Origin: a virus
Lineage: Duplodnaviria > Heunggongvirae > Uroviricota > Caudoviricetes
Length of the DNA stretch: 42,999 bases
Strand: one strand, 5' to 3'
IMG/VR virus record: IMGVR_UViG_2703718845_000002
Coordinates: 1 to 42,999 of that record
Shown: positions 36,925 to 42,999 of the stretch, piece after piece
Position numbering within the stretch: position 1 is the first letter of the stretch
Layout: each line of letters starts with the position of its first letter
Made by a program: the position numbers and the translations under genes
Notes under the pieces: generated by a model
Databases searched by the model: none
Told to the model about the DNA's origin: nothing
What the model saw: only the letters and a program-made list of their open reading frames with translations

Positions 36925-36996
36925 CATACCTTTAGTATTTTTATTAAACATCATAATACTGGCGGTATTGATATAAAATAATACCGGGAGTATTAT
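36925..36996 (+). promoter_or_regulatory. OL region: three operators and pL promoter
   Basis: Operators CATACCTTTAGTATT (36925..36939), AATACTGGCGGTATT (36955..36969), AATACCGGGAGTATT (36980..36994), same consensus as OR; sigma70-like pL with -35 TTGATA (36968..36973), 17-bp spacer, -10 TATTAT (36991..36996). Confidence 0.7.
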
Positions 36997-37075
36997 GATC
37001 TCATCCAAACAACACCGGCAACGCCGGGGTGAAGTCAAAACGTCCCGTTAGCCGCGATAAGGCAAAGGTGAAGAG

Positions 37076-37192
37076 ATGATCCGCGAAGAAGATAAAACCG
37101 AGTGGTTTAAGTTTCTGGCACACGCATTCGCCATCGTCGTATGCGTACTGATAGCAAGTGCGTTCTGCCTGATGCCTGGTGGTTCAGCATGA
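37076..37192 (+). CDS. Tiny membrane peptide (38 aa), first gene after pL; not in supplied track
   Basis: ATG at 37076 with AAGGTGAAGAG SD; MIREEDKTEWFKFLAHAFAIVVCVLIASAFCLMPGGSA has one predicted TM helix; stop overlaps the next ATG. Confidence 0.45.
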   Translation: MIREEDKTEWFKFLAHAFAIVVCVLIASAFCLMPGGSA

Positions 37193-37299
37193 GCAGAAAC
37201 GGCATTCGTTCACTGATTTACTGCCTGCTGATCTGCGGAGTTATCTGGACAGCGTTGATTATCAAAATTCTGCACGTTACGGGGGTGTTCAATGGCTAA
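37189..37299 (+). CDS. Tiny membrane peptide (36 aa), translationally coupled; not in supplied track
   Basis: ATG at 37189 overlapping the previous stop (ATGA); MSRNGIRSLIYCLLICGVIWTALIIKILHVTGVFNG has one TM helix; stop overlaps the start of the next ORF. Confidence 0.4.
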   Translation: MSRNGIRSLIYCLLICGVIWTALIIKILHVTGVFNG

Positions 37300-37486
37300 C
37301 TCAATTCCTAACAGCGGACGCGCCGTGATGATGCGTAACGCTAAAACTGGCGCCACATGGAAGGTTTCACGTGACTACCTGAAAGAAACCTTCTGGTTCG
37401 AGCCTCAAGGCAACCTGCGCCACATTCGCAAAGCATTTGAGGCACGCGACCTGCTGCCAAACCTGGTACCAGCTGGGACGCATTAA
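37292..37486 (+). CDS. Hypothetical small protein in early-left operon
   Basis: 64 aa, ATG at 37292; not Arg-rich, so not an obvious N-type antiterminator. Confidence 0.45.
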   Translation: MANSIPNSGRAVMMRNAKTGATWKVSRDYLKETFWFEPQGNLRHIRKAFEARDLLPNLVPAGTH

Positions 37487-37573
37487 CCGCGCATATCAGC
37501 GCACGAATTTAACTGAGCTATCAGGCAGCCAATACGGTGCCGGGATTCTTACAACCAAATTTCAGGGGAAACC

Positions 37574-38545
37574 ATGAGCGAAATAATGGATTTAGTCGTC
37601 ATCGAGAAAAAGAACGCGATGGCGGTTTTCACCAATAACGACCAACTCGATCCGCTTATCGAAGCGATCGAAAAAGAGGCTCGCAGTCTGGTGCCGGACG
37701 TGACCACCAAAAAAGGCCGCGATGCTATCGCATCCATGGCTCACAAGGTCGCGCGCTCTAAAACCTACATCGACAACGCAGGTAAAGCCCTGGTCGCTGA
37801 GCTGAAGGCGCTGCCAAAGCAGATTGATGAAAGCCGCCGCGTTGTCCGTGAGCGTCTCGATGCACTGAAAGATGAAGTGCGTCGCCCGTTGACCGAATGG
37901 GAGGCTGAGCAGGAACGCATTAAGGCCGAAGAAGCCATGAACGCCCTTCACGTCGAAGCACTGGCCATGAATGAAGAGTTCGATCGGCAGCTGGCAGCTC
38001 GGATTGAGTCTGACCACGAAATGGCCATGCTGATGAATGACGCTTTCGACCGAGAGCAGGCAGATAAAGCAGCTGAGGCTGAGCGCCAGCGCATTGCCCA
38101 TGAAGAAGAAATTAAGCGAATGGCAGCCGCCGCAGCAGCCCGAGAAGTTGAGCAGCGCGCACAGCGTGAACGTGAAGAAGCGGCGCATCGCGAAGCTGTG
38201 TTGAAAGCACAAGCTGAGCAGGCAGAGCGAGATCGCATTGCAGCCGAGAAGAAAGCTGAGGCTGACAAGCAGGCCGCTATCGAAGCGGAGCGCCGCAAAG
38301 CTCAGGAAGAAGCCGATCGCATCCGCCGCGAGGCAGAGCAACGCGAACAGGCCCGCCTGGCTGAGGAGAAACGTAAAGCCGATGAGCAGGCTCGCCGCGA
38401 AGCCGACGTTAAGCACCGCAAGGCTGTAGGCACTGAAATCGTCAAAGCTCTTCTGGCCAATACCAGCCTTACTCGGGATCAGGCTATCGAGGTGCTTACA
38501 GCGGTTAAAGACGGCCGCATTCCCCATACCGGTATCAGTTACTGA
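37574..38545 (+). CDS. Coiled-coil protein with E/R/A/K-rich repetitive central region
   Basis: 323 aa, ATG at 37574 with GGGGAA SD; central 150 aa is highly charged low-complexity helix (AEAERQRIAHEEEIKRMAAAAAAREVEQRAQREREEA...); in the kil/cIII position upstream of gam. Confidence 0.6.
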   Translation: MSEIMDLVVIEKKNAMAVFTNNDQLDPLIEAIEKEARSLVPDVTTKKGRDAIASMAHKVARSKTYIDNAGKALVAELKALPKQIDESRRVVRERLDALKDEVRRPLTEWEAEQERIKAEEAMNALHVEALAMNEEFDRQLAARIESDHEMAMLMNDAFDREQADKAAEAERQRIAHEEEIKRMAAAAAAREVEQRAQREREEAAHREAVLKAQAEQAERDRIAAEKKAEADKQAAIEAERRKAQEEADRIRREAEQREQARLAEEKRKADEQARREADVKHRKAVGTEIVKALLANTSLTRDQAIEVLTAVKDGRIPHTGISY

Positions 38546-38552
38546 GGTGCTT

Positions 38553-38837
38553 ATGAACGCATACCGCGCATACGACGCTATCGAAGAAAGGAAATGGGCT
38601 GAACAGTCGCTAACCGAAGAGAAGCAAAAGTGGATTGACGATCGGGCGCAGGAAATTATCGACGCCCTGCCGAAAGAGCCGTCAGGCCTGTTCCGCTTCT
38701 CTGTGCCGATGGACAAAAGCCCATACGAAGGCCTCCGCAGCGATGCAGCTGGCGAGGCATATAACGATCTCATCTCGGCAGTAGCTTATGCCCAGGCGGA
38801 ATATGACTGGGACCACCGCACCGGCTGCCCGTTTTAA
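38553..38837 (+). CDS. Gam-like host nuclease inhibitor
   Basis: Track start 38547 is GTG; ATG at 38553 with GAGGTG SD gives MNAYRAYDAIEERKW..., resembling lambda GamS MNAYYIQDRLEAQSW...; immediately upstream of bet. Confidence 0.55.
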   Translation: MNAYRAYDAIEERKWAEQSLTEEKQKWIDDRAQEIIDALPKEPSGLFRFSVPMDKSPYEGLRSDAAGEAYNDLISAVAYAQAEYDWDHRTGCPF

Positions 38838-38852
38838 CTTTGGGGAATAACA

Positions 38853-39698
38853 ATGGCTAACGAACTTGTGATTACAGCCGGCTCTCTTGCTGAGAGAGGC
38901 ATTGACGGCGCTACCTGGAGCGCCCTCAAAAACAGTATTTACCCTGGCGCCAAGGATGAGTCGGTGATGATGGCACTGGACTACTGCCGGGCCAGAAACC
39001 TTGATCCGCTTCTTAAGCCCGTTCATCTGGTGCCAATGAGCGTTAAGGACTCGAAGTCGGGAAAAAGCGAGTGGCGCGATGTGGTTATGCCTGGCATCGG
39101 GCTTTATCGGATTCAGGCCGATCGCTCCGGTTCTTACGCTGGCGCAAAAGAACCAGAGTTCGGCCCGGACGTCACTCTGACGCTTACCGGTATTGAAGTG
39201 ACCGTGCCTCAATGGTGCAAGTACACGGTCAGCAAGCGCATGCCCAGCGGGGAGATCGTCGAATTCAGCGCGAAAGAATACTGGGTTGAGAACTACGCAA
39301 CCGCCGGCCGCGACACTACCGCGCCAAACGCAATGTGGAAAAAGCGCCCCTATGGCCAGCTGGCGAAGTGTGCCGAGGCTCAGGCTCTGCGTAAGGCGTG
39401 GCCTGAAATTGGCCAGCAGCCCACTGCCGAAGAGATGGAAGGTAAAACACTGGAAGTTGATGCGCGTGACGTAACGCCGCGAACCACGACAGAGGCGCTC
39501 CCCCTGGTGGCCAGTGAGGAAACGTTGCAGGCAATTACCGACCTCCTGACGTCCCTGAATAAGGACTGGGAGCAGGACTTCCTGCCTCTGTGCAGCAACA
39601 TCTTCAAGCGTGACATTTTCCAGGCATCACAACTCACCGAAGAAGAAGCGCAGAAAGGCTTTAGCTTCCTCCAGAAAAAAGCGCAGGTGGCAGCATGA
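38853..39698 (+). CDS. bet: Bet / RecT-family single-strand annealing protein
   Basis: C-terminus [40 protein letters not shown] closely parallels lambda Bet; ATGA overlap with exo. Confidence 0.85.
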   Translation: MANELVITAGSLAERGIDGATWSALKNSIYPGAKDESVMMALDYCRARNLDPLLKPVHLVPMSVKDSKSGKSEWRDVVMPGIGLYRIQADRSGSYAGAKEPEFGPDVTLTLTGIEVTVPQWCKYTVSKRMPSGEIVEFSAKEYWVENYATAGRDTTAPNAMWKKRPYGQLAKCAEAQALRKAWPEIGQQPTAEEMEGKTLEVDARDVTPRTTTEALPLVASEETLQAITDLLTSLNKDWEQDFLPLCSNIFKRDIFQASQLTEEEAQKGFSFLQKKAQVAA

Positions 39699-40375
39699 CA
39701 CCAGAAATTATCCTCGAACGAACTGGCATTGACGTTACCCGCGTTGAACAGGGAGATGAATCCTGGCACCGCTTACGCCTGGGCGTGATCACCGCCTCGG
39801 AAGTCCATAACGTCATTTCGAAGCCGAGATCAGGCACCAAGTGGACTGACATGAAAATGTCTTATTTCCACACGCTGCTCGCAGAGGTATGCACCGGCGC
39901 GGCGCCGGAAGTTAACGCCAAGGCGCTGGCCTGGGGAAAACAGTATGAGGCCGACGCTCGAACCCTGTTTGAGTTCACCACCGACGTGAAGGTAACGGAG
40001 TCACCGATCCTTTTCCGTGACGAAGGTATGCGCACCGCCTGCTCACCAGACGGCCTGTGCAGTGATGGCCGCGGCCTTGAGCTGAAATGCCCTTTCACCT
40101 CTCGCGACTTCATGAAGTTCCGGCTTGGCGGCTTCGAGGCTATCAAATCCGCCTACATGGCCCAGGTGCAATTCAGCATGTGGGTAACCAGGAAGGACGC
40201 CTGGTATTTCGCGAATTATGACCCTCGCATGAAGCGAGAAGGCATTCATCACGTGGTTGTTGAGCGCGACGACAAATACATGTCCGACTTCAACGAAATG
40301 GTGCCGGAGTTCATCGAGAAGATGGACGAATCGCTGTCGGAGATCGGTTTCACCTTCGGGGAACAGTGGAAATGA
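39695..40375 (+). CDS. exo: Lambda exonuclease (Exo)
   Basis: [40 protein letters not shown]...GFTFGEQWK is near-identical in pattern to lambda Exo along its whole length. Confidence 0.9.
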   Translation: MTPEIILERTGIDVTRVEQGDESWHRLRLGVITASEVHNVISKPRSGTKWTDMKMSYFHTLLAEVCTGAAPEVNAKALAWGKQYEADARTLFEFTTDVKVTESPILFRDEGMRTACSPDGLCSDGRGLELKCPFTSRDFMKFRLGGFEAIKSAYMAQVQFSMWVTRKDAWYFANYDPRMKREGIHHVVVERDDKYMSDFNEMVPEFIEKMDESLSEIGFTFGEQWK

Positions 40376-40530
40376 AAACTAACCACGACGGAATCACCGT
40401 TGGAAGTATCACTCTTCCCTATTCCATCAATCGCCGGGGATGGATCGCCCCAAGCGGCGACGTTATCAAAAATCCATTAAAGGCTCAGCGGCTGGCTGAG
40501 CTGATGAACAGTAAGAAGGTGATGGCATGA
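40372..40530 (+). CDS. Small hypothetical protein (52 aa), not in supplied track
   Basis: ATG at 40372 overlapping the exo stop (ATGA) and TGA overlapping the methyltransferase ATG; [52 protein letters not shown]. Confidence 0.4.
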   Translation: MKTNHDGITVGSITLPYSINRRGWIAPSGDVIKNPLKAQRLAELMNSKKVMA

Positions 40531-41186
40531 GCGAAAAATACTCTCTGATTTATGCCGATCCGCCATGGGCTTATGAGAACACAATCAGCAACGGCGCCGC
40601 AGTGGACCACTACTCGACGATGCGACTCATCGACCTGAAGCGTCTGCCAGTGTGGGAACTGGCTGCCGAAAACGCGGTGCTTGCGATGTGGTACACCGGC
40701 ACCCACAACCAGGAGGCGATCGAGCTGGCCGAGGCCTGGGGCTTTACGGTGCGCACGATGAAGGGCTTCACCTGGGTGAAGTTGAATCAGTTGGCTGAGC
40801 TGCGCATTACCAAGGCTCTGGCAGATGGAGATGTGACCGACTTTTACGACTTCCTCGACCTGTTGAATGCCGAGACGCGCATGAACGGTGGCAACCATAC
40901 CCGCGCCAATTCTGAAGACGTGCTGATCGCTACCCGCGGCGCCGGGCTGGAACGTAAGCACGCCGGCATTAAGCAGGTGGTCTACAGCCCGCTCGGCGCA
41001 CACAGCGAAAAACCGTGGGAAGTTCGCCACCGCCTAGAACTGCTCTACGGCGACGTGCCGCGGATTGAGCTGTTCAGTCGCAGCGCAGCGCCAGGCTGGA
41101 GCCACTGGGGCAACCAGTGCGCCACCGCTTCCGTTGAGCTGATCCCTGGCTGCGCCATCGACGTTGTGAAGGCGGAGGCAGCATGA
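40527..41186 (+). CDS. MT-A70 family N6-adenine DNA methyltransferase
   Basis: N-terminal LIYADPPWAY contains the DPPW catalytic motif; 219 aa. Confidence 0.8.
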   Translation: MSEKYSLIYADPPWAYENTISNGAAVDHYSTMRLIDLKRLPVWELAAENAVLAMWYTGTHNQEAIELAEAWGFTVRTMKGFTWVKLNQLAELRITKALADGDVTDFYDFLDLLNAETRMNGGNHTRANSEDVLIATRGAGLERKHAGIKQVVYSPLGAHSEKPWEVRHRLELLYGDVPRIELFSRSAAPGWSHWGNQCATASVELIPGCAIDVVKAEAA

Positions 41187-42352
41187 GCGCGGCAGCGTAC
41201 TACAACGAGATCGACCCATTCGCGGCGCAGTGGCTGCGTAACCTCATAGCCGCCGGGCATATCGCCCCGGGCGAAGTTGACGAACGGAGTATTGAAGATG
41301 TCACACCTGACGACCTCAGAGGATTTACCCAGTGCCACTTTTTCTCCGGTATCGGCGTCTGGTCCCATTCCCTCCGTCTCGCCGGATGGCCAGATGATCG
41401 CCCGGTCTGGACTGGCTCCTGCCCGTGCCAGCCTTTCAGCGCGGCAGGCAAAGGAGATGGGTTTGCTGACGAGCGGCACCTTTGGCCCCACTTCTTCCAT
41501 CTCATCAGCGAGCGCAGACCTCAGCATGTCTTTGGCGAACAGGTTGCAAGCGGTAACGCAAACACATGGTTCGACCTTGTACAAGCTGACCTGGAAGGAC
41601 TGGGATACGCCTTCGGGCTTGTGCCGTTTACGTCAGCGGGCATCGGTGCGCCGCACATCAGAGAGCGGGCCTACTGGGTGGCCAACGCCGACAGCGTCAT
41701 CAGTGACCGGCGCGGGAACATCCGGGCGTCAGGGCGGGATGAATATTCAAACAGCGGCGATGATGTCCGGCTGGCCGACTCCAACCACGATCGACAACAA
41801 CCAGGTCAGGGGGCTGGGTGCCGCTGCCAATGCGCCGAACAGGGGATCGACATTGGGAGGGGCGGCCAGAATGGCGGGCTGGGTAACGCCAACGTCGCGC
41901 GACTGGAAAGACTCGGCGGGAATGACGGCGCAGCGGGACGGGAAAGAGCGACTGGACCAGCTGCCGCGCCAGGCGTTCATGACGGGATGGCCAACACCGA
42001 CAACGAGCAACACTCGATCGCCATCAGTGGATGCGGCCATGAACATGTATCGACAGGACGGCAGCAAGACCCAGCAGCGTCTGCAGGACTTCGCGGGGAT
42101 TACCGGACCCTTGAGGTTAACGGTTTTTGGCGAGATGCGGACTGGCTCTTATGTCGAGATGGCAAATGGCGTCCAGTTGAACCCGGCACATTCCCGCTGG
42201 TTGATGGGGCTGCCGCACGCCTGGCACGAGTCGAGCCCGGGGTGGCAAGAGTGGCAAGCAGCAACCGCGTCTGCCGCCTGAAGGGCTACGGCAACGCCAT
42301 AAACGCCCAGGCAGCTGCGGCTTTCATTCGCGCTTATATGGGGGTCGCATGA
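41183..42352 (+). CDS. DNA cytosine-5 methyltransferase, with apparent reading-frame discontinuity in the target-recognition region
   Basis: Frame of 41183 carries motif I (FFSGIG), IV (SCPCQPFS), VI-like (FGEQV), VIII (HIRERAYWVA) and motif X-like GYGNAINAQAAAAFIRAYM, with ATGA coupling to the next gene; the middle of the gene shows conserved repeats only in the other open frame (41277..42281). Confidence 0.55.
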   Translation: MSAAAYYNEIDPFAAQWLRNLIAAGHIAPGEVDERSIEDVTPDDLRGFTQCHFFSGIGVWSHSLRLAGWPDDRPVWTGSCPCQPFSAAGKGDGFADERHLWPHFFHLISERRPQHVFGEQVASGNANTWFDLVQADLEGLGYAFGLVPFTSAGIGAPHIRERAYWVANADSVISDRRGNIRASGRDEYSNSGDDVRLADSNHDRQQPGQGAGCRCQCAEQGIDIGRGGQNGGLGNANVARLERLGGNDGAAGRERATGPAAAPGVHDGMANTDNEQHSIAISGCGHEHVSTGRQQDPAASAGLRGDYRTLEVNGFWRDADWLLCRDGKWRPVEPGTFPLVDGAAARLARVEPGVARVASSNRVCRLKGYGNAINAQAAAAFIRAYMGVA

Positions 42353-42567
42353 CGCCAGAAGAAAAGAAATATGCGCTCAGAAGCATCGCGCGCAGGGCTA
42401 ACGATGAGGTTAAGGCAAAACGGCGGTCATCTCCCGCTTTAAGTTGCGACGAGATATCACGACCGATCCTCAACGGATGCATGCCGCTGATAAGGCAGCT
42501 TGGGTTAACGCCAAGTCATCTCTATGTGGAGATCGGTATTTTGAACGGAAAGATAAAGGAGCGCTGA
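42349..42567 (+). CDS. Hypothetical protein
   Basis: 72 aa, ATG at 42349 overlapping the methyltransferase stop. Confidence 0.5.
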   Translation: MTPEEKKYALRSIARRANDEVKAKRRSSPALSCDEISRPILNGCMPLIRQLGLTPSHLYVEIGILNGKIKER

Positions 42568-42568
42568 C

Positions 42569-42802
42569 ATGCCAGAAATCATCGATCAGGCCAACGAGCT
42601 GGCAGAGCGCCGGCTGGAAATGACCATCCAGAACATGCGCATCAACCATGCGGCAGTCTCGGCTACTCACTGCCGCGACTGCGGGGAAGAGATACCCGAG
42701 CGGCGCCGGGAACTTGTGGCGGGATGCCAGCGCTGCGCTGACTGTCAGGAAGAGCTTGAAGAACGTGGTAAGCATTTGGCTGTAACGAGAGGTGGAAGAT
42801 GA
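42569..42802 (+). CDS. TraR/DksA-family C4 zinc-finger protein
   Basis: 77 aa with CRDCGEEIPERRR ... CQRCADCQE (four Cys in C4 spacing); AAAGGAG SD. Confidence 0.7.
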   Translation: MPEIIDQANELAERRLEMTIQNMRINHAAVSATHCRDCGEEIPERRRELVAGCQRCADCQEELEERGKHLAVTRGGR

Positions 42803-42999
42803 AACATGAGATGCAACCAGATAGCCTTGTTGATCTGAAATTCATCATGGCGGATACTGGCTTTGGAAAAACCTTCATTTACGACCGGATTAAGTCCGGC
42901 GATCTCCCCAAAGCCAAACTCATCCACGGCAGAGCAAGGTGGTTATATAGTGACCACTGCAAATTCAGAGAAAAGCTCCTGTCCCGCTCCGATGGGTAA
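42799..42999 (+). CDS. AlpA-family DNA-binding protein / putative excisionase
   Basis: 66 aa; LKFIMADTGFGKTFIYDRIKSGDLPKAKLIHGRARWLYSDHCKF matches the AlpA/Xis HTH pattern; stop at the window end, integrase expected downstream. Confidence 0.65.
   Translation: MKHEMQPDSLVDLKFIMADTGFGKTFIYDRIKSGDLPKAKLIHGRARWLYSDHCKFREKLLSRSDG

Larger units (their letters stand above)
1..42999. mobile_element. Lambdoid prophage, near-complete; integrase and att sites outside window
   Basis: Gene order and strand layout match lambda read in reverse: tail, head, packaging, lysis, Q, nin, O, cII, cro on minus; cI, rex-position cargo, pL, gam-bet-exo, AlpA/Xis-like on plus. Several products are clear lambda orthologs (Exo, Bet, CI, Cro, CII, NinB, NinG). 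Confidence 0.9.

Noticed and set aside
36844-37038. 64-aa minus-strand ORF
   Set aside because: Spans the OL operators and pL elements in AT-rich DNA; regulatory DNA rather than coding.
37592-38773. 393-aa ORF on the minus strand
   Set aside because: Antisense to the coiled-coil gene; low-complexity A/S/C/F-rich translation, no SD or operon context; a product of repetitive GC-rich codons on the other strand.
38682-39212. 176-aa minus-strand ORF
   Set aside because: Antisense to gam and bet.
40485-41584. Minus-strand ORFs of 181 and 179 aa
   Set aside because: Antisense to the two methyltransferase genes; the MT-A70 and C5-MTase motifs are on the plus strand.
41277-42281. 334-aa alternate-frame ORF as a separate gene
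   Set aside because: Not called as an independent CDS: its N-terminal third is S/T/P-rich without SD and it starts inside the methyltransferase catalytic region; its conserved middle is treated as the displaced target-recognition region of the methyltransferase.

Overview
This window is a near-complete lambdoid (lambda-like siphovirus) prophage of an enterobacterial host, lying in reverse orientation relative to the standard lambda map. All calls rest on reading the sequence and the supplied ORF track, on motif recognition and on remembered similarity to lambda proteins; no database search or computation was run. Minus strand, 1..34065: tail fiber with a C-terminal SGNH-like domain, J-like tip protein, NlpC/P60 K-like and minor tail proteins, tape measure, major tail protein, head-tail joining genes, lambda E-like major capsid, scaffold, minor head protein, portal, large and small terminase, a HExxH metallopeptidase, the lysis cassette (dual-start pinholin, SAR endolysin, Rz with embedded Rz1), two tRNA genes, a QuuD-type antiterminator Q, a nin region (ninB, phosphatase, ninG, NinH-like), an O-like replication initiator with four internal iterons, cII and cro. 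Plus strand, 34170..42999: cI, an AT-rich two-gene operon in the rexAB position, OL/pL, then gam-bet-exo, an MT-A70 N6-adenine methyltransferase, a C5-cytosine methyltransferase, a TraR-like zinc-finger protein and an AlpA/Xis-like gene at the right edge; the integrase and attachment site must lie beyond 42999. The strongest candidate for an undescribed system is the cI-downstream operon 34982..36614, a small kinase-like protein translationally coupled to an unknown 293-aa partner. Other items worth a second look are AT-rich moron cassettes inside the tail module, a C5-methyltransferase whose conserved parts sit in two different reading frames, and tandem tiny membrane peptides just downstream of pL. 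The supplied ORF track accepts GTG and TTG starts, so several start coordinates were moved to a verified in-frame ATG.
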